Assembly (NCBI GenBank): GCA_022825725.1
Contig: JAJDWE010000033.1
Location: 87,926-151,925, forward strand
DNA from: Gemmatimonadota bacterium
Lineage (GTDB): Bacteria > Gemmatimonadota > Gemmatimonadetes > Palauibacterales > Palauibacteraceae
Reading direction: 5' to 3'
Length of the DNA: 64,000 nucleotides
Shown here: positions 9,705 to 19,543 of the stretch, piece after piece
Numbering within the stretch: position 1 is the stretch's first letter
How the letters are laid out: every line of letters begins with the position of its first letter
The notes under the pieces: generated by a model
What the model saw: the letters and a program-made list of their open reading frames with translations, nothing else
The model's database searches: none
Told to the model about the DNA's origin: nothing
Made by a program: the position numbers and the translations under genes

Positions 9705-11207
9705 GTGCGTAAGGCAGGGCGGATCGCGCGAAAGCCCGGCTTCCGGGCATTCGCGGCGCTCGCCGTCGCCTCGGCCGCGGCGTGCGGCGACGGGAGCATG
9801 GAACTGCCGCTGACGCGGCCGCCGATGGTCATCGGCGCCGTGGCCGACCTCGACCTGGCCGTGGGGGACACGGCGACGGTGGAGGCCTCCGGCTACTTCC
9901 GCGATCCCGACGGAGACGTTCTCTCTTTCGAGTCGAGGTCGTCAGCCGAGGAGGTCGCGGTCGCCGACGTCTCGGGGAGCACGGTCCGCATCATCGCACT
10001 GGCGCCGGGGACGTCGACGGTGGCGATCACGGCGCGCGACCCGGAAGGGCGAGCCGCCGCGCTGCGCTTCGAGGTTACCGTGCCGAATCGGGCACCCTTG
10101 GCCGTGGGCGCGATCCCGGACCTCAGGTTGGCCGCGGCGGATACGGCACGGGTGGAGGTGTCGGGCTATTTCGCCGATCCGGACGGGGAAGCGCTCGGCT
10201 ATGGCGTGGCCTCTTCGGACAGCGGGGTGGCGGCCGTCGCCGCTCGGGGCGACACGATCGACGTGATCGGCGTCGCTCCGGGAACCGCGACCGTGACGGT
10301 GACGGCGCGCGACGCGGGAGGCCTCTCGGCCGAAAGCTCCTTCACCGTGCGCGTCCGGGCATCAGGGGGCGGCTTCGACATCGTGCTCGACTTCGACACC
10401 ACAGCGACGGCGCCGCGGCGGGCCGCGGTCCTCGCGGCGGCGGAACTCTGGATGTCGGTGCTGGCCGACACGGAGCTGCCGGCCGTGACGGTCGACGACC
10501 ACATCGAATGCTACGGAGCGAACACGACGGAGCCGGTGGGGACCATCGATGATCTGATGGTTCTCGTCGAGTTCCGGGATATCGACGGTCCGGGCCGCAC
10601 GTTCGCCCAGGCCGGCGTGTGCCGTCTGCGCGAAGAATCGATGCTGCCGTTCGCCAGCGTGGCGTTCTTCGACGTGTCGGACTTCGACGGCCTCATCGAC
10701 TCCGGCGATGCGATGGAACTCGCCGTTCACGAAATCGCGCACGCGCTCGGGTTCGGCCTGCTGTGGCGCCCCCTCGGCCTCCTTCGGGATCCTGCCCTGG
10801 GCGTGGGAGCGATCGACGCGCACTTCGTCGGTCCCCTGGCCATCGCCGCCTTTGACGCAGCGGGCGGCACGGCCTACACGGGCGGGGCCAAGGTCCCCGT
10901 CGAGAACCTCGGCGGAGCCGGGAGCGCGAACCTCCATTGGCGGGGGTCCGTCCTTGGCCGCGAACTCCTGAGGCCGCTCAACAGGATCGGCGTGCCGGAG
11001 AGCTTCAGCGCGATCACGATCCAGTCGATGGCCGATCTGGGTTACATTGTCGATGTGAGCCTGGCGGAGCCGTACAGGCTTCCCGGCGCCGACGCCGCGG
11101 ACGCGAAACCCGACCGCGTGGTCGACCTGGGCGACGATGTCCTCAGGGGTCCGGTGCAGGTCTTCGACCCGCGGGGACGCCTGGTGAGGGTGCTGCACAA
11201 TCGCTAA
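9705..11207 (+). CDS. Secreted lipoprotein zinc metalloprotease, leishmanolysin-like (M8-like metzincin), with two N-terminal tandem Ig/cadherin-like domains.
   Basis: GTG start. Lipobox LAVASAAAC. Two repeats of about 90 aa (PxxVGAIxDLxLAxxDTAxVExSGYFxDPDG...). The catalytic region contains HEIAHALGFG (HExxHxxGF), as in leishmanolysin/GP63 peptidases. Confidence 0.65.
   Translation: MRKAGRIARKPGFRAFAALAVASAAACGDGSMELPLTRPPMVIGAVADLDLAVGDTATVEASGYFRDPDGDVLSFESRSSAEEVAVADVSGSTVRIIALAPGTSTVAITARDPEGRAAALRFEVTVPNRAPLAVGAIPDLRLAAADTARVEVSGYFADPDGEALGYGVASSDSGVAAVAARGDTIDVIGVAPGTATVTVTARDAGGLSAESSFTVRVRASGGGFDIVLDFDTTATAPRRAAVLAAAELWMSVLADTELPAVTVDDHIECYGANTTEPVGTIDDLMVLVEFRDIDGPGRTFAQAGVCRLREESMLPFASVAFFDVSDFDGLIDSGDAMELAVHEIAHALGFGLLWRPLGLLRDPALGVGAIDAHFVGPLAIAAFDAAGGTAYTGGAKVPVENLGGAGSANLHWRGSVLGRELLRPLNRIGVPESFSAITIQSMADLGYIVDVSLAEPYRLPGADAADAKPDRVVDLGDDVLRGPVQVFDPRGRLVRVLHNR
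9816..10365. repeat. Tandem intragenic repeat of about 270 bp (two copies) encoding duplicated Ig-like domains of the metalloprotease.
   Basis: Protein-level repeat aa 38-128 versus 129-218, with conserved DL.LA..DTA.VE.SGYF.DPDG and GT.TV.ITARD blocks. Confidence 0.55.
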
Positions 11208-11239
11208 CCCGTTCCGCCGTCGACCGTTTCCCGGGCCCG

Positions 11240-11268
11240 TTGACACCCTGTGTCACGTCTCGGACAAT
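11240..11268 (+). promoter_or_regulatory. Candidate sigma70-type promoter (TTGACA-17 bp-GACAAT) with an overlapping perfect palindrome TGACAC-ccT-GTGTCA (11241..11255), a putative repressor operator upstream of the RND pump operon.
   Basis: Read directly: ...cccgTTGACAccctgtgtcacgtctcgGACAATcaa... lies 55-85 bp upstream of the ATG at 11324, and a GGGGAG RBS sits about 10 nt before the ATG. Confidence 0.35.
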
Positions 11269-11323
11269 CAAATGGATGATGGGCGTTTCCGGTCGCGTCC
11301 GACCTTCAGGGGAGTGAATTATC

Positions 11324-12535
11324 ATGCGCAGTAGAAGTCTCGCCGTAATCGGCGGTATCGTCCTCGGCACCGCGGCGATCGTGGCTCTCCTGCTCGTTCT
11401 GGCGCCGGAGCCGGAAGCCCGGGACCTCCCGCCGCAGATCCCCTTTGCCCAGACGGGCTCCGTGACGGCCGGGTCCGGAGCGATCCCGGTCCATGGATCG
11501 GGCACCGTCCGCCCGAGAGCCGAAATCAACGTCGCACCTCAGGTCGGTGGCCAGGTCGTCTGGGTCAATCCGGGGTTCCAGAGCGGCGGGCGGGTGGAAA
11601 CGGGGCAGACGCTCTTCCGGATCGACGAAACGGACTACCTGTACCGCGTGCAGGAAGCCGAGGCCAATCTCGCGTCGCGCCGCGTGGCCTTCCTGGAGGA
11701 GCAGGAACGATCCGGGATCGCCCTCGACCAGTACAGGCTCTATTCGGAACGGCGGGCGGGAGACGGCTCTTCGACCGACCCGAGTCCGCTGACGCTGCGG
11801 GAGCCTCAACTGGAGGCGGCGCGCGCCGCGCTCAAACGCGATGAGGCCCGCCTTGCCGACGCAAACCTTGCCCTTTCGAGGACCGAGGTTAAGGCGCCGT
11901 TCACCGGATTTGTGCGCGACGAGTCCGTGGCGGTCGGACAGATCGTTTCGCCGGGCGAGCCGGTCGGACGATTGTTCGCAGCCGACGCGGTCGAGGTGAA
12001 CGTGTCCCTGTCTCACGCCGATGCAGTGTTGATTCCCGACCTGTGGGAGCTTCAGGGCGGAGGCGGCGCGTCGCGCGTCGGCGCGCGGGTCGTCGCACGG
12101 TACGGCGAGGCCGGCTACAGCTGGGAAGGTTACGTGGACCGGGGTGAGGTCTCGCTCGACGAGCAGACGCGGACGGTGGACGTGGTCGTGCGTGTCCCGG
12201 ACCCGTTCTCGGCGGGCGTCGCGGTGGAGGGGGGGGACCCGGCCAACGGCCCCCCGCCGCTGCTCGTCGGTGAGTTCGTCGATGTGGAGATCGAGGGCGT
12301 ATCTCCCGATCGTTACTTCCGCGCACCGCGCGCCGCACTCCAACCGGGCAACGAAGTCTGGGCGGTGAACGATGGCGGCGTGGTCAGCATCGTCTCCGTG
12401 CATGTGCTGCAGCGTGCGGACGACGAGGTATTTCTCACCGGCGCTCTGCGGGACGGGCAGGCGGTGATCACCGGCGGAATCCGGTTCGCGACCGAAGGGA
12501 TGCTCGTTCAGACCGGAGCCCAGCCCGCGCGATGA
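11324..12535 (+). CDS. RND efflux membrane fusion protein (periplasmic adaptor, HlyD/AcrA family).
   Basis: N-terminal TM anchor, biotinyl/lipoyl-like hairpin and coiled coil (GQTLFRIDETDYLYRVQEAEANLA...LKRDEARLADANLALSRTEVKAPFTGFV). Immediately followed by the RND pump. Confidence 0.85.
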   Translation: MRSRSLAVIGGIVLGTAAIVALLLVLAPEPEARDLPPQIPFAQTGSVTAGSGAIPVHGSGTVRPRAEINVAPQVGGQVVWVNPGFQSGGRVETGQTLFRIDETDYLYRVQEAEANLASRRVAFLEEQERSGIALDQYRLYSERRAGDGSSTDPSPLTLREPQLEAARAALKRDEARLADANLALSRTEVKAPFTGFVRDESVAVGQIVSPGEPVGRLFAADAVEVNVSLSHADAVLIPDLWELQGGGGASRVGARVVARYGEAGYSWEGYVDRGEVSLDEQTRTVDVVVRVPDPFSAGVAVEGGDPANGPPPLLVGEFVDVEIEGVSPDRYFRAPRAALQPGNEVWAVNDGGVVSIVSVHVLQRADDEVFLTGALRDGQAVITGGIRFATEGMLVQTGAQPAR

Positions 12536-12542
12536 GTCCGGG

Positions 12543-15500
12543 ATGAGCCGCAACGGGGAGTTCCACGGCGAACGTCCCGGCCCGATCGCCTACATGGCGA
12601 GCAACAGCATTGCCGCCAACCTCCTGATGTTCGGGATCCTCGCCGCCGGACTGGTGGCGCTGACCGGCATCGAGCGGGAGGCGTGGCCCACCGTCCCCTT
12701 CTATCACGTCGAAGTCTCGATGGTCTATCCCGGCGCCACCCCGGAAGAGGTGGAGGAATCGATCGTCGTCAAGATCGAGGACCAGGTCAGCGGGCTCGAC
12801 GATGTGAAGGCGGTCAAATCGGTAGCGGCCCCCGGCGTGGCGTCCGTCCGGATCGAGATGGACTCCGGTACGGACATGGCGCGCGCGCTGGATGACGTCG
12901 AATCCGCGGTCAACCGCATTCAGTCGTTTCCGACCGGGGCCGAGCGTCCCCAGTTCCGGGAGATGACGAACCGCCAGAGCATGATGCGGCTCATCGTCCA
13001 TGGCGACGTATCCGAGCGTTCGCTGAAGGAACTGGCGTACCAGATCGAGGACGAACTCACCACGCTGCCAGCCGTGTCCCAGGTCGATGTCAGCGGCGTG
13101 CGGCAATACGAGATCTCCATCGAGATACCGCTCCAGAGGCTGAGGGCCCTCGGACTCACCCTCGCCGATATCGCCAATACGATTCGCCGCAGTTCGCTGG
13201 ACCTGTCGGCCGGCAGCATCGATACCCGGGAGTCCCAGGTACGGGTCAGGACCCTCGGTCAGAGCTACGACCAGCAGGACTTCGAGGAGATCGTCCTCCT
13301 CAGCAACAGCGACGGCACGGTCGTGCGCCTGGGCGATATCGCGAGGGTGCGCGACGAATATCAGGACATCGATCTGATTCTCCGGCACCAGAATCACCCT
13401 GCGGTATTCGTGGAGGTTTACCGGGCCGGCGGCGAGCAGGTGATGGACGTCGCCACAAGCGTGCACGAGCACCTGGCGAACGAGGTGATCCCGTCCCTGC
13501 CCGACGGGGTGGGCGTCACGGTCTGGAATGACGAGTCCCGGGACTACAAGGAACGGGCCGACCTTCTCCTGAAGAACGGGATCCTGGGCCTGTTGCTGGT
13601 GTTGATCGCCCTGAGCCTGTTTCTCCAGATCCGGCTCGCCCTGTGGGTCGCGGTCGGGCTCGCGGTCTCGGGCATCGGCGCGTTGGCCGTCATGCTGGTG
13701 CTCGACTACGCGATCAACACGATCTCACTGTTCTCCTTCGTCCTCGCGATCGGCATCATCGTCGACGATGCGATCGTCGTATCCGAGCAGATCCACCTGG
13801 AACGAATGCGGGGGACCCCGGGGGTGTTGGCGGCGATCCGCGGAACGCGGCGGATCAAGGTGCCGCTGACCTTCGCCGTCCTCACGTCGGTTGCCGCGTT
13901 CATGCCGCTCCTGTTCATCCCCGGAGGCGTCGGCGAGACGTGGTCCGCGTTGCCGGTGATCGTCATCGCCATGCTGATGGTGTCGCTGGTCGAATCGTTG
14001 CTGGTGCTGCCCAATCACCTCTCCCACCTGCCGGGCCCGGAATGGGTGCCGACGAGCGCCGCCGACCGGTTCTTCGCCCGGGTCCAAAATCGCGTGGACA
14101 ACGTGCTGAAGCGGTTCGTACGGGGTCCGCTGGATCACGCGTTGCGCTTCGCGACGCGCGAGCCCGGCGTCACGGTGACAGGAGCGGTCTGCCTGCTCGT
14201 GTTGTGCATCTCCCTGCTGCCGGCAGGCATCGTCCCGACGACGTTCGCCGGCGTGGTGGAGGGGGATTTCGCCACGGCGACTCTGGAAATGCCGGATGGA
14301 ACGACCGCGCAGCGAACGCACGAAGTCGCTCAGGAACTGGAAGCGGCCGGACACAGGGTCATCGAGCGGCTCTCGGCCGACCGGTCCGAGGATGCGCCTC
14401 CGCTGCTGTCGGGGGTCACCGTAATGGTCGGCCAGCGGCCGCGGATTCAGGGCGGAGGGCTGAACCCCGCGCCGACCCTTAATCCGGAAGCCAATATCGC
14501 CACCGTCGAGTTCAAACTTCTCGGAGCGCAGCAGCGACAGGTCTCCACCGGAGAGGTCGCGCAGGCGTGGCGCGAGGAAGTGGGCGTGCTGCCCTATGTG
14601 CGCAGCCTCACGTTCACCGCCGAGATCATCGACTTCGGCAACCCGGTCGAGACCGTTCTGTCCCACTCGGACCCGGAGCGTCTCATCGGCATCGCGGACT
14701 CCGTGGTCATCGGGCTCCGCCGCGTGGGCGGCGTCTTCGACGTACGCTCCGATCACACTCCGGGCGTGCCGGAGGTTCAACTCGAGTTGCGGCCGGGAGC
14801 GCGCACCCTCGGTCTCACGCTGGAGGACCTGGCCGGGCAGGCGCGGGCCGCGTTCTTCGGCGCGGAGGCCATGCGGATCCAGCGCGGCCGGGAGGAGGTG
14901 CGGGTCTACGTGCGCCTGCCGTCCGATGAGCGGGAGTCCGTCACGGACATCGAAGGATATCTGCTTCGTACGCCGAGCGGCGGCGAGGTTCCCCTGACCA
15001 CCGTGGCCTCGTTGAACGCGGGCACTTCGCCCCCCGCGATTCAGCGGAGGGATGGCCAGCGCGTCGTTACCGTCAGTGCGGATGTGGATCCCGTGGTGAT
15101 TTCCGGCGGGGAGGCCAACGACATTCTCGAGAATTCGATCCTGGCGGACCTCACCGCCGCGGACCCGGATCTGACGTACACGCTCGGCGGCGAGCAGCAG
15201 CAGCAGGTCGAGTCCCTGGACTCGCTCTATCGCGGGTTTGCGATCGCCATGCTCCTCATCTTCGCGCTCCTGGCCATTCCCCTGCGTTCCTGGACCAAAC
15301 CGTTCATCATCATGGCCGTCATCCCGTTCGGGTTCATCGGCCTGATCCTCGGTCACCTGATTCTGGGGATCGCCGTGAGCGCGCAGTCCTTCATGGGTTT
15401 CTTCGGTCTCAGCGGCGTGGTCGTGAACGACTCCCTGGTCATGATCGATCTCATCGACAGGAAACTCAGGGACGGCGTGTCCGCGCGGACCGCGATCATC

Positions 15501-15767
15501 GAGGGCGCGAAAGGGCGGTTTCGCCCGATCCTGCTCACGTCCGTGACGACCTTTCTCGGTTTCACGCCCCTCATTCTGGAACGCGCGATTCAGGCGCAGT
15601 TCCTCGTGCCCTTTGCCGCGTCCCTCGGTTTTGGGATCCTTATCACCACCGCTCTGCTGATGCTGATCGTGCCGGCGCTTTCCACGATCCATCTGCGGCT
15701 GATCCCGCCGCGCCGAAGTTCCGGCGTCCGCGAGATACCGGTCCAGCCGCCTTCAGTCGGTGTCTGA
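12543..15767 (+). CDS. RND superfamily efflux transporter (AcrB/CzcA-like, 12 TM, about 1070 aa).
   Basis: 1074 aa. Typical RND architecture, two large periplasmic loops, and conserved blocks (SIAANLLMFGILAAG..., AIGIIVDDAIVVSE, LLAIPLRSWTKPFIIMAVIPFGFIGLILGHL). Confidence 0.9.
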   Translation: MSRNGEFHGERPGPIAYMASNSIAANLLMFGILAAGLVALTGIEREAWPTVPFYHVEVSMVYPGATPEEVEESIVVKIEDQVSGLDDVKAVKSVAAPGVASVRIEMDSGTDMARALDDVESAVNRIQSFPTGAERPQFREMTNRQSMMRLIVHGDVSERSLKELAYQIEDELTTLPAVSQVDVSGVRQYEISIEIPLQRLRALGLTLADIANTIRRSSLDLSAGSIDTRESQVRVRTLGQSYDQQDFEEIVLLSNSDGTVVRLGDIARVRDEYQDIDLILRHQNHPAVFVEVYRAGGEQVMDVATSVHEHLANEVIPSLPDGVGVTVWNDESRDYKERADLLLKNGILGLLLVLIALSLFLQIRLALWVAVGLAVSGIGALAVMLVLDYAINTISLFSFVLAIGIIVDDAIVVSEQIHLERMRGTPGVLAAIRGTRRIKVPLTFAVLTSVAAFMPLLFIPGGVGETWSALPVIVIAMLMVSLVESLLVLPNHLSHLPGPEWVPTSAADRFFARVQNRVDNVLKRFVRGPLDHALRFATREPGVTVTGAVCLLVLCISLLPAGIVPTTFAGVVEGDFATATLEMPDGTTAQRTHEVAQELEAAGHRVIERLSADRSEDAPPLLSGVTVMVGQRPRIQGGGLNPAPTLNPEANIATVEFKLLGAQQRQVSTGEVAQAWREEVGVLPYVRSLTFTAEIIDFGNPVETVLSHSDPERLIGIADSVVIGLRRVGGVFDVRSDHTPGVPEVQLELRPGARTLGLTLEDLAGQARAAFFGAEAMRIQRGREEVRVYVRLPSDERESVTDIEGYLLRTPSGGEVPLTTVASLNAGTSPPAIQRRDGQRVVTVSADVDPVVISGGEANDILENSILADLTAADPDLTYTLGGEQQQQVESLDSLYRGFAIAMLLIFALLAIPLRSWTKPFIIMAVIPFGFIGLILGHLILGIAVSAQSFMGFFGLSGVVVNDSLVMIDLIDRKLRDGVSARTAIIEGAKGRFRPILLTSVTTFLGFTPLILERAIQAQFLVPFAASLGFGILITTALLMLIVPALSTIHLRLIPPRRSSGVREIPVQPPSVGV

Positions 15768-16817
15768 CTGGAGTTCGCCGGTCGTCGACGCCGGATTCGG
15801 ATAGAACTGCCGGCAGTATCGGCGGTACTTTCCTATGGGGCCGTCGGTCCGGCTCAGGCGGGGCGGGGTCCGGTAGCGCTTCTTGTCCCAGATGACGACG
15901 TCCTGCAGGACGAAGCGCTTCTCTTCCCGGATGAAGAAGAGATTCAGCAGCCGATGGCGCAGCGGCACGGGCAGAAAGGCCAGGCCCGCGAAGAACCGGC
16001 CCGGTTTGCGGATCTCCCGCACCTGGCTGACCAGCGTCAATTCCACCGACTCGCCGTCGACCGGCGTCGAGAGCACCCAGAGACGCGCACGCATGCCGAC
16101 GGTCTTCTCGTGGATTTCGACGAAGGAGAAGCCGAGTCCATGGACGTGCGTGATGGCGGAGACGTCGGAGTGGATGTCCAACAGACCCGCGATTCGTCGA
16201 ACCATCTTGAAGTCGAAGCAGCTCTTCAGATAGGCGCCGTCGATCGAAAAGTCGGTCGGCTCGACATCGTGGTACCCGTGTGTGTACTCCAGGTGCTCCA
16301 CGTCCACGGAGTTCTCCGTCGTCTCCTGCGGGTGACCCCGGAACCGCAGGGTGGTGGACCGCAACCCGGTCCATTCCACGCCGGCCGGTGGCTCATCCGG
16401 CAGGCGCCACTGCGCCGGCCTTCCGCCGCTCCCCCACCAGGCGAAGATCATGCCGAGGACCTCGCGGGTCTCGTAGAGCTTCAACCTCGCGGCCTTCGGG
16501 GGTGGGGCATTGGGCGTGGCCACGCACTGGCCGGCGGTGTCGAACTCGAACCCGTGGAAGGGACAGACGAGGCAGCCGTCGCGCACCACGCCGCCGACCG
16601 ACGGTCCCATGTGCGATCCAAGGTGCGGACAGAAGGCGTCCGCCACGCAGATGCGGCCCTCGTCGTCGGCCCAGGCGACGATCTCCTCGCCCAGCCAGGT
16701 CTTCTCGATCAGCCCTTCCCGCACGACCGTTTTTCGGCTCGCGACGAAATACCACCCCTCGGGACACGCCGGCAGCGTACCGCTGTATGTCGAGGTTCGA
16801 TCGCTTCTGGTCGTCAT
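15753..16817 (-). CDS. Rieske [2Fe-2S] non-heme iron oxygenase, alpha-subunit-like (KshA/VanA/PobA type).
   Basis: CPHLGSHM...(17 aa)...CPFHGFEF is a Rieske CxH-X17-CxxH motif. The C-terminal catalytic domain is about 200 aa. Start chosen at MTTRSDRT. It overlaps the end of the RND gene by 15 bp, convergent. Confidence 0.8.
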   Translation of the reverse strand: MTTRSDRTSTYSGTLPACPEGWYFVASRKTVVREGLIEKTWLGEEIVAWADDEGRICVADAFCPHLGSHMGPSVGGVVRDGCLVCPFHGFEFDTAGQCVATPNAPPPKAARLKLYETREVLGMIFAWWGSGGRPAQWRLPDEPPAGVEWTGLRSTTLRFRGHPQETTENSVDVEHLEYTHGYHDVEPTDFSIDGAYLKSCFDFKMVRRIAGLLDIHSDVSAITHVHGLGFSFVEIHEKTVGMRARLWVLSTPVDGESVELTLVSQVREIRKPGRFFAGLAFLPVPLRHRLLNLFFIREEKRFVLQDVVIWDKKRYRTPPRLSRTDGPIGKYRRYCRQFYPNPASTTGELQSDTD

Positions 16818-16867
16818 GAGGCGAACTTCGCTACCGTGACGCTGGCGAGTCAACCAGGATTCAAGGG

Positions 16868-19480
16868 ATGACAATGGCTCTCGACAGTATCCGGGGCGTC
16901 GTGCTCCTTGCGCTCTTCATCGCGATGGCCGCCGGCCTGCCGGCGAACGGTTCCGGCCAGAGCGCGATCGCGGTTCCGCGCTTCGAGATCGCGTCCTCGC
17001 CGATCGAACTCGCCGGACCCGTGCGTCCCGGCGAGTATCTCGGCGTCACCGGGCCCCGGTCCGCGTGGCTGGGGGTCGAGACGGGCGAAGCGGAACTGTG
17101 GGTCCATCCCCTCAAGGTCGGGAACCGTTTCCGGCTCGGCTTCTCGACGCCGGCCTACGGGACGCCGATTCCGGGAGACGAGGTCGCGCGCACCGTGCGG
17201 GTGCGGCCCGAACTCACGACGATCACCTACAGCCACGCGGCCTTCCAGGTGCGCCAGCACATCCTCGCACCGGCCGACCTCCCCGGCCTTCTGCTCCTGC
17301 TCGACGTGGACAGCCCGGAACCGCTCGAGATCATCGCGGAGTTCGAGCCCGTGCTGAACTATATGTGGCCGGGTTCGATCGGCGGGCAGTACGCCTACTG
17401 GGACGCCCCCCGCCGCGTCTTCGTGCTCTCCGAGAGCCTGCAGGAGACGAACGCCGTCGTCGGCTCGCCGTGGGCCGTGAACTCGGTGGAACACCCGGCT
17501 CATCAACTGGGCGAGGCGCCCCGCACCATGGTGATCCCAGTCGACCCGGAGCGCGCGGGGCGGGAGTTCATCCCGATCGCGGTTGCGGGCGGTACGATGC
17601 CCCGCGAGGAGGTCTTCGCCAGCTACGAACGGTTGATCGCCGAGGCGCGCTCGCTCTACGACGCGAAGCGGGCATGGGCCGACTCGGTGCTCGCCTCCAC
17701 CGTCTCCATCGATTCGCCGGATCCGCGGCTCGATCTCGCCCTCGAGTGGGCGAAGATCAACCTGGAGGAGCAGCGCGTCTGCAACCCCGACCTCGGGTGC
17801 GGGTTCGTCGCCGGGTGGGGCCACTCCCGCAACGGAACCCGTCCCGGCTTCGGCTGGTTCTTCGGCGGCGACGCCGCGCAGACCATGTTCGCCATGGAGG
17901 CGCTCGGGCAGTGGGAGCTGGTGGCGGAGGAACTCGCCTTTCTCGCGAGGTACCAGCGCGATGACGGCAAGATCACGCACGAAATCTCCCAGGCGGCCGC
18001 GCGCATCCCGTGGTTCGATGTGTACCCGTACGCCTACTACCACGCCGACACGACGCCCTACTGGATGGTCGCCCTTTACGAGTACTGGCGGGCGAGCGGC
18101 GACGACGACCTCCTGCGTGAACTGTGGCCGGCGTACCGGCGCGCCTGGGCGTGGTGCCTCACCGCCGAAACGGACGGGGACGGGATCATCGAGAACACCG
18201 TGGGTGGGCTCGCGGCGGTCGAGGTCGGCGGCCTCGGGGCCGCGCTCCACCAGGATATCTACCTGGCGGGGATCTGGGTGGCGGCGCTTGAAGGGACGAT
18301 GGCGTTGGCCGAACACATGGGCGACGCCGGGATCGTGGGCCGGGCGCGGGAACTCGCGCCCCGTGCGCGCGCGACCCTGAACGATGCCTACTGGCTGGAC
18401 GACCCGGGACACCATGCCTTCGGGATCCTCGCCGACGGCGGAACCAACGACAACCTCACCGTGTGGCCCGCCACAGCGGCGGCGTTCGGCCTGTTCGACG
18501 AGGCCCGCGCGCGATCGACCCTCGCCCACCTCGCGAGCGACCGGATCTCGTCGGACTGGGGCGCGCACATGCTCTCGACGGAGAGCGAACTGTATCACCC
18601 GCTCCAGTACAACATGGGAACGGTATGGCCCTTCGTGACGGGATACGTGTCGTGGGCGCAGTACCGGTATCGGCGTCCGTGGGCCGGCTTCCATCTCGTG
18701 GACGCTGTGAAGCAGATGACGTTCGACTGGAGTCTGGGCCGACATCCGGAGCTGCTGTCCGGAACGTTCTACGAGCCCCTCGACCAGACCGTCCCCCACC
18801 AGTTCTTCGCGACGTCGGCCCTGGTGACACCGCTGCTGCGCGGCGTCATCGGCTGGGAACCCGATGCGCCGCTGGACCGCGTGCGCCTCGCCCCGCAACT
18901 CCCGCCGGACTGGCCGGCCATGACGGTGAGACGGCTCCGAGCCGGGGAAACGACGACGGACGTGGAGATCCGACAACGGTGGACGGCGGAAGGCGGGGAG
19001 CGACGGACGACGCTCACGACCACGGGGCCTGCGCTGACGTTCGCGTTCGTACCCGACGTGCCGGCGGGCGCGCGGGACGTATCCATCACCGTGAACGGCG
19101 TAACCACCGAACTCACCGAGGATGGAACGGTGGAGATGAGGCTGGGCGAGACCGGCGCTGCGGACGATCGCGCGGAGATCGTCGTGACATGGAATGGCGG
19201 ACTCGCGATCGCACCGCCCCGAATCGACCTCGAACCGGGCCAAAGGAGCAGCGGCCTGCGCATCCTCGACTTCAACGCAGATCCGGATGGCTGGCTTCTC
19301 GAAGTGGAGGGGCTGCCGGGTCGGAGCTACGACCTCGGAATCTTCGGCGCCACGGTCGAAGCTGACGTCGTGCAAGGGGCCGCAACGACAGCCCTGGTTA
19401 ACCCCGCGACCGTACGTATTGCGTTTCCTCCCGACACTGCGAAACGCACGACAGCTGTGGTTCGTTTCACGACCCCGTAA
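16868..19480 (+). CDS. Secreted large glycoside-hydrolase-like protein, (alpha/alpha)6-barrel, glycogen-debranching-enzyme/GH63/GH116-like.
   Basis: Signal peptide MTMALDSIRGVVLLALFIAMAAG. The middle region has FGWFFGGDAAQTMFAMEALGQWEL and later WPFVTGYVSWAQY-type aromatic-rich barrel motifs, as seen in GDE_C/GH63-like barrels. The family assignment is tentative. Confidence 0.5.
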   Translation: MTMALDSIRGVVLLALFIAMAAGLPANGSGQSAIAVPRFEIASSPIELAGPVRPGEYLGVTGPRSAWLGVETGEAELWVHPLKVGNRFRLGFSTPAYGTPIPGDEVARTVRVRPELTTITYSHAAFQVRQHILAPADLPGLLLLLDVDSPEPLEIIAEFEPVLNYMWPGSIGGQYAYWDAPRRVFVLSESLQETNAVVGSPWAVNSVEHPAHQLGEAPRTMVIPVDPERAGREFIPIAVAGGTMPREEVFASYERLIAEARSLYDAKRAWADSVLASTVSIDSPDPRLDLALEWAKINLEEQRVCNPDLGCGFVAGWGHSRNGTRPGFGWFFGGDAAQTMFAMEALGQWELVAEELAFLARYQRDDGKITHEISQAAARIPWFDVYPYAYYHADTTPYWMVALYEYWRASGDDDLLRELWPAYRRAWAWCLTAETDGDGIIENTVGGLAAVEVGGLGAALHQDIYLAGIWVAALEGTMALAEHMGDAGIVGRARELAPRARATLNDAYWLDDPGHHAFGILADGGTNDNLTVWPATAAAFGLFDEARARSTLAHLASDRISSDWGAHMLSTESELYHPLQYNMGTVWPFVTGYVSWAQYRYRRPWAGFHLVDAVKQMTFDWSLGRHPELLSGTFYEPLDQTVPHQFFATSALVTPLLRGVIGWEPDAPLDRVRLAPQLPPDWPAMTVRRLRAGETTTDVEIRQRWTAEGGERRTTLTTTGPALTFAFVPDVPAGARDVSITVNGVTTELTEDGTVEMRLGETGAADDRAEIVVTWNGGLAIAPPRIDLEPGQRSSGLRILDFNADPDGWLLEVEGLPGRSYDLGIFGATVEADVVQGAATTALVNPATVRIAFPPDTAKRTTAVVRFTTP

Positions 19481-19520
19481 GCGAGAGTCTGCTGCCCGCC
19501 GCTCCGCAACGCCTGAATAT

Positions 19521-19543
19521 CGCCAAATTGTCGTCATTTGGCG
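19521..19543. terminator. Perfect 8-bp stem hairpin CGCCAAAT-tgtcgtc-ATTTGGCG in a locally lower-GC convergent intergenic region. A second hairpin GTCGATTC-N10-GAATCGAC lies at 19698..19723.
   Basis: Read directly. It lies between the convergent 3' ends of the GH-like gene (19480) and the lysJ/argD operon (19747). No T-tract follows, so it is an intrinsic-terminator candidate only. Confidence 0.3.

Noticed and set aside
13725-15692. 655-aa minus-strand ORF inside the RND pump gene.
   Set aside because: It is an antisense shadow ORF (RGHDQ-rich and low-complexity). The RND gene on the plus strand is a full-length, well-conserved architecture.
16850-19537. 895-aa ORF on the minus strand opposite the glycoside-hydrolase-like gene.
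   Set aside because: Its composition is Arg/Gly/Pro-rich and low-complexity, with no recognisable motifs. It is a typical antisense shadow ORF of a high-GC gene. The plus-strand protein has a signal peptide and coherent domains.
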